A stretch of DNA of 64,000 nucleotides from Utricularia gibba (GCA_002189035.1 CM007991.1:4402001-4466000), one strand, 5' to 3'; positions 50,969-62,970 are shown, numbered from the stretch's first letter. The notes: generated by a model from the sequence alone, not told the origin. Numbers and translations are program-made.

Positions 50969-53149
50969 ATGGCTCAGGTGACTTCTGTTGGATTTTCAGC
51001 AACTCAAAACTCGTTCCTTGATTCTCTATCTATTTGATTGCGCCTGGTTTAGATCTGCGGCTGAATGTTTTATTTTCGTTGCTTTTTATTCAGGTCGACA
51101 GCAGAAATTCTTCAGCTGGTAAACGAGCCCGGACAGATGGTGCGATATCTATAACCTCTATCTCTGATGATTCACGTATCTTTTCTTGTTAAAAATTTCG
51201 CAAGCTGTGTACAAATGCGGGGTGCCCTTCAGTTCTTTTTTTTTTTTTGTTTGCATCTAAAATGTACTGAATTCTGTACTCCAATTTTCTGGTCTGAAAG
51301 CATTTAAATTGGGGGTTACTCTGTTTGTGAACCGAAGTTCCTATTTTTATGGAAGTTTGTGTTGTTGAAGGTGGCCGGAGGGAAGATGACTGGACCTGTT
51401 CAAGCTGTGGTAACGTGAATTTCTCTTTCAGGACAACATGTAACATGCGCAATTGTACTCAGCCCAGACCTGCAGATCACATCTCTGTAAGTTTACAGGC
51501 TTGATATTTCAGAATCAACGTTTTCATCGCACCTTTTTTTTTTTTTTTATCTTTCTGGCATATAAACAGTGTTGATTCCACTACAATCCATGCTGGGTCC
51601 TTTGAATAAGCCAAACCTTCGTTTGCCTCTGTGTATCCTTGCAGAAATCTGCGTTGAAACCAATTCAAACACCTCATGGCTATTCATCTCCGTCTCCGTT
51701 GTGGGGATCTTCTGGGCCATCTATGTATATGGGAGTGCCCCCATATGGCTCTCCTCTTTTCAATCCACCGTCTTTTCCCCCATATGATATACCATTTGCT
51801 GGGGGTTCAGCCTATAATTACAACTTCGGAAACAGGCTTTCTGCTGCCAGCCCATACCGACCCTTGCACTTAGCTGGCGCACTTCCATATTCAAGTGGAT
51901 CAATGATGGCAAACGGTAAGTTGGTTTTTAGTGAACATTACGTAGACTCCTAAGATGTTTCTTTTTTGGGATTTTCCTGAATAAAATTCTCTCTGTAGGT
52001 GGTATGTACGGCATGTCTCTTCATGATCGATGCGGGCTGGGTTTCCCACTGGGCCCTTCAATTGTGAGTGTAAATCTTTGGAATCGATTTTATTCATGTG
52101 TTTTTCCATTTTAATTTTTTTGGTGGTAAATCATATTGATTGCTAGCTTTCTTTTCGTTTCCTATGATACTTTTTAAAAATGTGTCTGGTTTGCACCCAG
52201 TAATTTCTTGACTGTTAATTCTGTCTTCTCAGGGCCCCATGCCTGGATTTTTTCCCGAAGACAGATCTCCAAGTAGGGTTTCTGGTGCGTCATGCATGTT
52301 ATTTTGGAGATGTAAGCCTTTACTTGATTTATTTTATTGCTATCCTACTTTCCAGATGTCACTCGCGATGATGATTGGTCATGCCCCAAGTGTGGCAACA
52401 TCAATTTTTCATTCAGAACTGTGTGCAACATGAGAAAGTGCAACACTCCGAAGCCAGGATCACAGGTTTGATGTTTTCTTTGTGTTATGCCTCCTTCCTT
52501 CTTGAAAGTGATGCCAAATCTCCTTAGCGAGTATCACAATGCTAATTTTTACAGCTATGCGTACTCGAACTCTGTACTATTCATCATTTTTTTTTTCTGT
52601 GTTTGAAATCATGGATATTGAATGTGCGTTCGCTGTGAAATGCAGGGTGGGAAATCTATCAAGAGTTCAAGTAAGTTTTCATTCCTTAAAGAGTTTGAGC
52701 AGTCGTTTCTTATTCTTGGAAATTAGACGTGAATCTCGCTAATCCATAATTTAGAAACAGACATGCCAGACGGAAGCTGGAAGTGTGAGAAATGCAACAA
52801 CATAAACTATCCTTTCAGAACGAAGTGCAACAGACAAAACTGTGGGGCTGATAAACCTTCAGAGGCAAAGGACTCACAGCCTGATGTTTCTGAAGACAAT
52901 GAAAAGGTCTGCTGTGCAAGGTTTCTACTATATATGACATATTCTCTCATGCATGTTCCTTGTTTCATCATCTGCATCTTTATAAGAAAACAAGTTCAAG
53001 AGTATCCCTTATGTTCTTTATTTCTCTCCACAATGGGTTTCTTTTATTCACAATTAATCCGTTCTCCTAGTGTGTGTGTGCTCTTCAGCATGCTGTTTGT
53101 TTGCATCTTTTTTTTGTTTAACGATTTTCATTGCCCATTCTTCCAGTGA
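50969..53149 (+). CDS. RanBP2-type zinc-finger protein (At1g67325-like), 10 exons, 282 aa, three RanBP2 fingers
   Basis: Exons 50969-50977, 51094-51139, 51371-51486, 51645-51915, 51999-52063, 52233-52284, 52356-52465, 52646-52670, 52755-52906, 53147-53149, phase-consistent. Fingers DWTCSSCGNVNFSFRTTCN, DWSCPKCGNINFSFRTVCN, SWKCEKCNNINYPFRTKCN. Confidence 0.9.
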
Positions 53150-53483
53150 GTTCTATACATATTTGAGGTGGTCCAGTCCCCGTCAGCGTGCCCAGTCTGG
53201 TGTCTGAAAGTCGTTCATGTCGTTCCTGTCGCTGCAATTGTCTGAGTTACTAATTTATTCTTTGGAGTCCAAGTGTTGTATTAACCTGAAGTAGCACCTG
53301 TTGTCTTTCGTTGGTCTCTGGGGGAGCCACTTCTTTTTCTTCTCTGGGTGTTGGATCGTGCATTTGCGTATCTGTTTGCTGCTTTGTGTGACTTTTTTTG
53401 GTTTTATTTTTTGCTGTTCTACGGCTTGAGCGTTCATGTCCACGTCCACGTCCACGTCCATCTCAATCTTGAGAGAGCCTGTC

Positions 53484-53515
53484 TAAACCCTGAACCCTAA
53501 ACCCTAAACCCTAAA
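53484..53515. repeat. Short interstitial telomere-type repeat (TAAACCC) x ~4.5
   Basis: TAAACCC TGAACCC TAAACCC TAAACCC TAAA. Confidence 0.8.
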
Positions 53516-53890
53516 AGTGCGTTGGGTCTTCTTTCAACCCCGTACAATGATGGGCTAATTTGTTGCTGTGAACTCAATCATAATCCGGCGTAGGTTTAGG
53601 TTGTGGGGGATTTGGCAACACAAGGACACTGCCTAGGAATTGCGCTTTGACGGATTTTGATTTGTGTGATTGCGGTGATATCTATGCTTCCCATGATGTG
53701 TTCTCATTTCATATTAGCCGTTTCCATTCTTGTGGCTTGTGTTTTTAATTGGTCGTGGGTTTCCTTTTTGGATTGGGTCAGTAGGATTGAATTCTAAGCA
53801 TTGTTGGTACTGAAACTTGCTAGGACGAGACCTAAATGAAATGCTCGAATCAGAATACAAGTCACTTGGTGAACCAAGATCAGTTGAAAT

Positions 53891-55186
53891 CTAGTGGAAT
53901 CCGTTGGGGTAGAAATGAAGCTCGTAAGGAGGAGTCGGTCGATGGGGAGCATGTGGTTGAGTCGGGAGCATGAATTCCCTGGCGAAGCCATGCTCGCCCA
54001 TTCCATACGCCACTGTCTCATTTTGTGCTGCTGCCCCATAAGCATAGCCTGAAGGTGGTGGCACTGTCTGTTCTCTTACACGTATGCCCCATTGGTCCGG
54101 CGACAGAAGAGAGAGGGCACGACCCTGCTCGGTTGGTGCTTCTATCTGGTTGAAGTTGATATAGGCTGCTCCCCTGTTTAGGGAATCAGTTTAAACAGTT
54201 AAAGAGCAATGTGAGCGGGATCGAAAGGAACAGACAGCTGAAAAATCCACCTGCTGCATCGGGCTGCATAAGGTGGGAGCTGTGAGCACCGTGCTGCTGG
54301 AAGTGAGACGCAGAATCATTGTTCAGAAAGAAGCCCATGGGATCCCCACCTCCTGTGCATTTTAAAACACTCAGTTCAATCAATCAATCAATCAATCGCA
54401 TCGTTACTTGTATTTGAAGTTGAGACTCAGGCTTGTACTGTAGAATGGTGATGCAGGATGCTGCTTCTGAATGATTTCTTGTTGCGGCTTCCTGCGCCGA
54501 GCATTGTGGTGGTGAAGTCTCCTTCTGCAGCTGCGCTTCTCACGATCAAATTCACACAGGCTATGGAACCTGAATGCAAGATCAAAGGCTAGGATGCTCA
54601 TGGAGAAGTACCAACTATGAGAGAGCTAGCGCAGTTAAAAAAGTCAGTAAGTAGTTCCTTGATGAAAAGGATAGCTTTTTTACTCATATACCCTGGAATG
54701 CTGTGTATGCCTGACTTACCTGCTGCACTGTTGGCAAAAACGGAGTTCAAGGCCGTCAACCATAACCGTGGAACATTTGGAATGCTCAGCACATACTTTA
54801 TGCTTACGGTAATATTCCTTGGCAGAGGAGAGATCGGTGTCGCAGCCGTCAACCGCACAACGCGGTGGCGGATGATTCTTACAAGACAACTTGGTCTGAC
54901 CCGATGCTGCTGTGGGCGAAGAAGGCTTGAGCGTAGTAGTCCCTGCATTTCCCAGCTGCAACCCCAGGGAAGAGGAGGGAGAAGCCTGTTGGGGTTGTTG
55001 GGAGCAGAAGAGGGTGAAGTGGAGGTTGTGAGTGGGAGCTTCGGTGGAGGGAGTGAGGGTGAGCAACTCTTCATCCTCTGCGAAAAATGGGACTGTCTTG
55101 GGGTTGTGTGGCGGCTGTTGGTGTTGTTTGGGGCCAAGACCAAATGAGAGGACAGTGTCCAAATCCCATCCCGTGTTCCACTCCAT
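53891..55186 (-). CDS. SPL: SQUAMOSA promoter-binding-like transcription factor (SPL2/10/11 clade), 4 exons, ~324 aa
   Basis: Exons 55186-54720, 54569-54439, 54352-54251, ~54165-53891. SBP domain CAVDGCDTDLSSAKEYYRKHKVCAEH..FCQQCSRFH..KRSCRRRL..HNARRRKP, N-terminal MEWNTGWD, RALSLLS peptide over the miR156 site. The last-exon acceptor is ambiguous. Confidence 0.88.
54101..54120 (-). promoter_or_regulatory. miR156/157 target site in the SPL coding sequence
   Basis: mRNA strand GTGCCCTCTCTCTTCTGTCG vs canonical GTGCTCTCTCTCTTCTGTCA. Confidence 0.9.
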
Positions 55187-57099
55187 TTCCTCAACAGCTC
55201 CTCCTCCCGCAAAATGACGGCGAGGGGTTCTGATGAAAGAAAATGGCTCTGGTGTGCCGACCAACGCAGACTTAGCTTTATATCTTGGCGCTGTCAGGTT
55301 GCGCCAAAACACACACCTAAAATAGATGCAATGCCGACTGCACGCACCCCCTCGAACCAAGATGTTATTATTATTTTAAGGAAAACAATATCTACCTAAT
55401 CGAAACCGGGGCGGGGCGGGGCGCGGTTGATTATTTTGGGAGTGCGTGAGGTCCAAGTCCCAGAGAAAGGGCAACAACAAGAGCAGATCTACTCGGTCAA
55501 GCGAAGCGGCCCCCAGCACGCAGGACTTTCCGGTGCGTTCTTTCTTTGGTTCATTAGACCAAAGCATTTAATACTAATTATTTTACCAAAATGATAAAAA
55601 GCAGGAGTTAAGAATATTTTGTTGTTGCGGGGTGGGTACACACGCGCATCGATGCTGGGGGGTTGATGCTGACGTTGATATTGGGGGTGGGAGGGATGAC
55701 GCAACCTCTCCTCTCCTCTCCTCTCCTCCTACACGGGACTGCCCTGCCCTGCCCTGGGAGGGAGGGTTGTGTGTTTGCAGTTTATATAATCAACCAAACC
55801 CCCCACAGCTTTGCTCTGCTTTGCTTTGCCACTCATAAGGTTAGGTTGTGCGTGGGTCGGGTCATTCTAAAAGATGGGAGGAAAAGAAAGACACCCGAGG
55901 AGGAGGAGGCTGCTGCTGCTGCTGCAGCAGAATAGTGGGCGGTTGAGGAGCTCGCTGGGTTGATTCTCAGCGTCCATGCGCTTCTCCTCCTTCCCTGCCT
56001 GCCTGCCTGCGTCCCGTTCCATTTAATTTGGTAGTTCAGGAGCGGTCACTTTTGATTAGATGGCATGGAAGGTGCGGTCAATTTTAACTTTTGAGCACGT
56101 CTGGTCAATTTTCGCGAGCACGCTGAATGGTAGCCGTCATCCAATTGCCGTAATGTAATAATATATCCAATTTTTAACAGCCGTAGTTCGTACCCCGAGT
56201 TGCACGGCGCCCGAAACTTTTCCAGGTAAGGGCAATAAATACCTAAATCCAATCCAATCAAATCTGTAAGTAGTAGTAGTGAGCCGAGCCGAGCTGATTT
56301 GTTTTGTTTTTCTTACTAAAAATATTGAATATGTTGCAAGCCCTGGCATGCTTCTATCTATCCTCCTCTGCCCATGCCTCACAAAAACCCACTTCTAATA
56401 TTCAATGCTGCTACTGTGCATGTAGGTTGCCAACTTTCAGCACAAGTTGTCGTAAAAAAGTAGGTGTATTCCTGTAAGCTTAGCTTATTCTACTCTCCTC
56501 AGTTCAGTTCCACGTGAGTCTGAAAAATTTATGCACCGCAATTGTCTCTCATTTTTCCGTACAAATGCCAATGCCCCACGCCATTGATGGAGAAAGCAGC
56601 ATGCATCCCTACCGCCAAATAATAAAAAAAGAAACACGTCCAATCAGTCGTCGACACAGCATCGCATACGGACACTGAAATGAAAAGCAAAAGGAGATAT
56701 CATTTTTACCCAACGTGCAAGTATTAAAAAAAAGTATTACATGTTTTTCTTATTAAAAATACCAAACGTATTCAAAATCCTCAATCAACTAGTCAATTTC
56801 AAAATATAGCTGTAGAGTTGATTAGTTTTATCATTCTCACGTATGGTGGTAGCCTAGCCCTAGGGTTTCCTCTCCTTTATTTCGTTGGGGTTGCCCTGTA
56901 GGTCGTCAGATCTACATGATCTAGAAATAAAGTGGATGTATGATTCGTTTCTCATGGACTAGTCGTTTCAGAACTAACATGGTTTTTTAACATGTCCAAA
57001 TGGGCTCGGTCGCCTCTGTAGATGTCCTCATCTATTTTGGTTTCCAAAATAGATGAGGTTGATAAAAAATTAATGAAATAGATATAGTTTTTTTTCTAG

Positions 57100-57119
57100 T
57101 TTAGGGTTTAGGGTTTAGG
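57100..57119. repeat. Telomere-type repeat (TTTAGGG) x ~3
   Basis: TTTAGGGTTTAGGGTTTAGG. Confidence 0.6.
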
Positions 57120-57336
57120 TCATCCTTCTTAAATGGTAATATTGAGGAGTTGTAGAGATGGGCTTGTGTTGGACCTTCACGGATTTGAGCTTAACCCAGT
57201 GAGATTCTAGGTCCTACAGGTTATATGACTTGTGGTTTGTTTTTACCGCTCAACCCAAATGGGTTGAACCCAATGAGTTTTGATTGGGCCCAAATCATAA
57301 CCAGGTTTTGCGGATTTCATTTATTTTTTTTATAAA

Positions 57337-59622
57337 TTAGTTCAAAAGAAAATTTGTATTTTTAAGTCGTTGCAAGATATGAAATATTCGTATCAAATAA
57401 ATTTGTAAGTTCTAATCTACACAAAATACAAATTTAGAAAATTTGTATAGTGGATTTCAGGATTAATCAAGGAGTAGATACTTGTAAAGTGCTTTTCAAG
57501 ATGCAAAATTACAGAATAAATATGACTCTTAGTCCAAAGTAAGACTAACAGCAGTACATAAGTTCAGTTACTAAGATCAAATCCAAACACAGACACTAAC
57601 CAATACAAGTTTTGTGCATAATATAATACCATGATACCTCAAGGTTGTCTAGATGATGTGGTATTAAAGTTCCTAATTTAATCTACAATGTTTCTATATT
57701 CACAATTGATGACACACATTTTTTCCTAAATTTCAAACTGTAAAATGGTTATATTTTATTATGGTTTAGGTTAGATAAATGTGTTTTTTCATGCTTTAGT
57801 GGTGTTTATGTTAATACTATGTGATTATGTTGAAAAGTGGACTAAATCCTTTGATTTAGTCCACAACTCTTGTTACTGATGTTTCAATAAGTTCAGCAGG
57901 GAGATGGGCCGAAAATTAGACTTGCAACCGTGTAAAACAAGCGAAAAAGGGCGTAAAATCCAAAGAAGGACAAAGGGCATTGTTCTGCTACCACCGTAGT
58001 CTGCAAGTTCAGGCCAGGAGCAGTACTGGCAGTCAGAAACAGTACTAGCAGTCAGGAACAGTGCAATGGAGTGAAGCAAAAGGGAAAAATTATTTCGAAG
58101 AGGAGAGCGGGAAGTTTGGGAAAAAGATAGCAGGGGGGCATAAGGGGTCTTCTTCCCCAATGGGAAAAACACAAACTAGAAGGGGGAAGGAAGGCCTTCA
58201 TCACCAAGAGTAGCACCGGAGCCGAGTCCAACGCTACTGTTCCGAGCGGTGAACAGTAGCTAACGGGCGGAAGAACAATCTTTATCTACTTTCCGTTTTC
58301 TGAACATTTAGAGTTTCTGCATTTGACTTGTTTACAATGTTTCTGCCATTTTGGTCAACTTACATGAATGAAATCGTGTTTTATTTCCCAAGCATGAGTG
58401 GTTAGAGTCTTAGGGATGCCTTAAGGTGAAGTGGGGTGGTATGTGCTTAGGTTGATGATGAAATTTAGTTGTCTTCCTTAACTCTTGTTTCTAACAAACT
58501 ATGGGTAGACCTAAGGAGGGAAACAAGTAGTTTCACAACTTAGATGCTTGGTTTAGGGTAGACCAACAAACCAAGACGTGAGCAGTCGGTGTTTTTGGTT
58601 AACCTAAGTCTATCCAGATTATTTCTCATGTTTTTGGTTAACATAGCCCTAATGTTATCACCCATCTCACACTTAGGTTTACCAATGTGCGAAATATGTA
58701 GAACTAGGTCTACCCGACTCTACTGGTTTTTATCCAGGACAAACATCTACTATCTCCGTCCTGATTTGTTGGTCTACCTCTAAATCAAGCATCTGAGTTG
58801 TGAAGCTATTTGTGCTCCCATCCCCTCCCCCTTAGGTCTACCCGATGAATGATAGAAACGAAATCTAAGACACATTGATTAATTCTCTTATGAACCGTAG
58901 GCCCACATCACCATCTTACACCTTAAGACTTTCCTAAGATTTAGTCAATTATATTTGATAAGTAAAGTAAGGTTTCATAATCACAAACTAATTGAAACAT
59001 CATAAACATTGTAAGATAAAATGTCTCAAAAACTAAATGTCTAGCAAACAAAAGAAGAAGGTGAAATAGTTCTGTTCTCCTTTTTGCTACTGTTCACAAC
59101 CCGGAACAGTAGCGTTGCACTAAGTTCTTGAGCTTGTTCTTCATGTTGAGTCTTTTCTTCCAGAAAAATTTTCTTCTTCACCCCTTTTCGTTTGTTCTGG
59201 AGCTTCTTCGTGTGTGTTCTTTGTTGTTGAAGCTCTTCTCCTTTCCTTCTATCTCTCCCAAAAAAAATATCTCCCCTCCTTTACTCTAATGCAATGTTCC
59301 TAACACCAGTACTATTCTTAATTTCAACCTGCAGATTACAAGCGGTAGAACAGTGCTTTTTGTCTCCCTTCGGATATTGTGCCTCCTTCAACTTAATACA
59401 CACATCTTTCAATCTGATTTGGTGCTAATCCTCCTACTAGACTTAATTATATGTTAATAACAAAAGTTGGATTAAATCAAAGGATTTAGTCTACTTTTTA
59501 ACATAAACACGAAATTAAACTAAACAATATGTAAAATATGACAAACCATACAAACCTAACCTAAACCACAAAAAAACATTATAATTTTGTATTATAAAAT
59601 GCTAGGAAAATGTATATCATCA
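57337..59622. mobile_element. Family-A solo LTR interrupted by an inverted family-A fragment
   Basis: 57337-57706 and ~58594-59622 are collinear with 5642-7095 and 29655-31071; ends GTATATCATCA. Candidate TSD ATAAA (57332-57336 / 59623-59627); the left terminus lacks TG, so that boundary is approximate. Confidence 0.65.
57707..58593. mobile_element. Inverted, one-end-truncated family-A LTR fragment (~890 bp)
   Basis: Reverse complement matches ~30185-31071; ORF-track peptide 57873-58172(-) nearly duplicates 30701-30907(+). TGATGAC terminus at 57707; no terminus or TSD at the other end. Confidence 0.8.
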
Positions 59623-59899
59623 ATAAACTGATAATTTTAATACTTTTAAGTATTAATCAAAATAAAACAAACCAAACAATTGAAACATGAAGCAAACCGA
59701 ACCAACAACCAAAACATAAACAAGAAAAACTACATGTATCATTACATATTCTAGCCTAATCATCCAACATAATTTTAATATTGAAATGCAGCTTCATATT
59801 CCAATCAATGCTTCATCCTCATTCCATACATCTTGTTTTTACTAGAGATTTCAAGTTTGATCATCATCATCACTATCCTCATCCTCATTCCATGTATCT

Positions 59900-62800
59900 T
59901 ATTTTTGCACCTTTGCTTGCATCTAATCCTTCAAACATATGCACGCCTCTATTGCACTTGAAGCTAAGCGTGATTGCTTTGCACTCAACGTTCCACCAGC
60001 TGCAATAAAAGCACTCTTTGATGCTATTATCGAGGCTAGAGGTGTGTGAATATCTTTGGCTATGAGAGCCAAGATGGGGTAGTTAGTAGAATTGACCTTC
60101 CACTATCCTAATAAATCAAAAGAATCATCATTACATTCATAAAAACATTGTGCAGTGTTATATAAATTAATTTCACGAAAAGAAGATAATGTATGGGAAG
60201 ATGAAAGTTTACCACTAAGCAAAGTCCAAACATCATTATCATAAGTAGATGCAGAATTTCTAATTTTAGATGCAACAAAAGTATATGAACCCAAACCCCC
60301 ATGATCCTTCTCATACAACGCATACAATTATTTCAAAGTTTCTCTAGCATGACGATACATATGCTGTATATTAATATAAGTACCTTGAGTAAAATATTGT
60401 AATATTCAGTAATGATCTCAAACAATCATCACTTATTCTAGGATCTAAAATAGTTGCAATAATATATAAAATTGGAATATCATAATAATAGTGTAAAAAT
60501 ATTTCTACTCTACTTTCAATAGTAATAGAAAATGTGCATCACCGTAATACTTTTTTGAAAACACAAGTAATATTAACTAAGCCCACAAGTAAGATTTAAA
60601 GAACCTTAATTACATAAATTTAATACATGAAAAATGCATCTATTGTGAAAGAAAATGCCATTCAAAATAGATTTCATCACAATTTTTAAATTTTTAATAG
60701 CATTCGTATTTGTAGAAGAATTATCAAGAGAAATGCAAAAATATGATCAACAATTCCATACTCAACACGCATCATAACTATTAGTTAAGCCGAGGAGTAC
60801 TAAATGATTAGTTTGATAATGCACCCCACTGAATAATTTTGAGTATCGATAAAAAGATTTTAAATATTAACAAGTTTTGCAATTTTATCAAAGGAAATCT
60901 GATCTACAAATTGGATAACAATATGCCTAAATGATAGAATAGAGAATAACATATAAAATGCTGCATTTTCATCTTGTAGGCAAATCAATTCTCAAACTAT
61001 TAAAAGGAATTTTGTGTAAATCACACAAATGTTTATATTCTTACCTCATAGAAGTGTACCTTCATAAAAGTTGAACCAAATATAATACATGACGAACACA
61101 TCTATTGTGAAAGAAAATGCCATTCAAAATAGGTTTCATCACAACTTTCAAAGTTTTAATGGTATTCGTATTTGTAGAATCATTATCAATTCCATACTCT
61201 GTTAGTTTTCTCGTAGACATTGCATATAAAAAAAGCAGCATAATTTAAAAGTTTTTGAGAAATTTCAAATGTAGATTTTGAAATACGGTATACGTCAAAT
61301 AAAGAGACATTACGAATGCCTTTCAGTGGACTCCGTTGTTCACCAACCGCCAATAGTAGATGGCCTCTATGGTATTCACACGTGAAGCAATTCGTCGATA
61401 ATCTTTTCAAGGCTACAGAATGATGATCGATCTCCTCAAGCGTTAGTAGAGAAAGACACCCCTTACAAATAAATCTCAGAGAGAAAGAAGATATGGAAAT
61501 AGTTTCGGATCGAATCTTTCTTATTATCTTATATATATATTTGGTAACATATCTAATCAAATATCCATAAGGATCTTATCTTGTGGAGATATAGCTCCAA
61601 ATCTTATCTATATCATATGTTTTATTTTGTATTTAATCAATATTAATCTCAAAATAACTCTTTATTTAATTTATCTACTTTACGATCTACATCTCATGTA
61701 ATTGTGTCATTTTATTTTATATCAATTAGTGAATTCACTATTATGTGTGATCCTATAGACTTGTTCAATTAAGGACATAATAATGGATTTATTAATTAAC
61801 TTGTAATTAACTAAATACATAATTATTGATCATGAGTGATGTCTAACAACATATCATGATCCATAAGATGTAAGAATAATCAGATAAACCGACTAAGCCT
61901 TTTCATGATCAGCCACCATGCAATGAACAACTTTCATCATACTTATATCTCATTCGATATCAAAACATGGGTGTGTGTCTTTCTGATGTATCGAACTTGT
62001 AATTACATTTAAGCACTAATATTTAATGGCCTATTCAAACCCTTCAGATGTCATTACCCTGAGCCAAGGACTAATTGTTAGGCTTTGATGTAATTACTTG
62101 AGATAAGATCTCATAACTAACATGAGTGATGAATTTTTTATTGATCAATCAACTATCTCCAACCTTAAGTAGTCACATCCATTCTCATCCATACTAGGCA
62201 AGCCATGGTTAGACTCCCATTAGTAATGAGTGAAAATGCAAGCTTAAGATCACGATAACTTTGTTGATCTCAAATCTAAGCTTACTTATACGGCTGTCAT
62301 ATTCGAGATCTTGCTACTGACATTTGGTTAGCTTCTCATAGTAGCATCTCGAAGACGAGTCATTTAATGAATCGATTCTCTAATCGACACCACACATAGG
62401 TTCTAGTAATCTCATTACATCAATTATGAGAACCATTGCGTAAACAATTTAGGGAACTCAATGTATGCTAGCTTACCCGTATTTGTGATATACTCATTTC
62501 ACAAATACTCTAGTCAGAGAATTTGTAACATGAACATAAATGCTTGAATTTCATATTATGGTCTTATCATAATTTCTAAAGCATATAGATTAAATAGACG
62601 ATTTTATTAGGGATATAAATTTGATCACAATTCAAAGTAACTATTAAAAGATAAGATTTTCCAGTAATTTGATTGTCTCTAGAACACATACACCAATATA
62701 CTCAACACACATATCATGAATATTCTAACTAATTTGAGCTTTAGTGTGAGGATGATCCCATTGTTGGAAAGCTATTATCCTTTTGTTGAGCATCCGCTTC

Positions 62801-62970
62801 TCATCGATCCCACACTGTAATATAACATCACACTTTAGAGCAAATCGACATTTAATTGAAGTAAAATGCGAAATCAACTCAAACTTAAAAATATGAAATT
62901 GATCAGGAGTAATGTTGGGACTTTTCTTTCTAGAGATAGATACAAAGTTAGGTTGTAAGAAACACAAATA
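59900..62970 (-). pseudogene. hAT (Ac/Tam3-like) transposase remnant, interrupted by an Angela solo LTR
   Basis: GIDEKRMLNKRIIAFQQWDHPHT (62725-62967) and the dimerisation domain FDLLG*WKVNSTNYPILALIAKDI..ASKSAF..GGTLS..QSRLASSAIEACICLKD* (~59920-60125). Confidence 0.8.
61200..62698 (-). mobile_element. Solo LTR, copia Angela/BARE-like, inverted relative to 26157-27608
   Basis: Homologous to 26157-27608 along its length; exact TSD TACTC (61195-61199 / 62699-62703); terminal CA mutated to TA. Confidence 0.85.

Noticed and set aside
54617-55212. Long alternative-frame and antisense ORFs over SPL, and similar ones over the ARM and F-box genes
   Set aside because: Shadow ORFs of GC-rich coding exons with no domain content.
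55840-55980. Upstream ATG ORF as a conserved uORF of SPL
   Set aside because: Mostly microsatellite-encoded, the TSS is unknown and there is no evidence of conservation.
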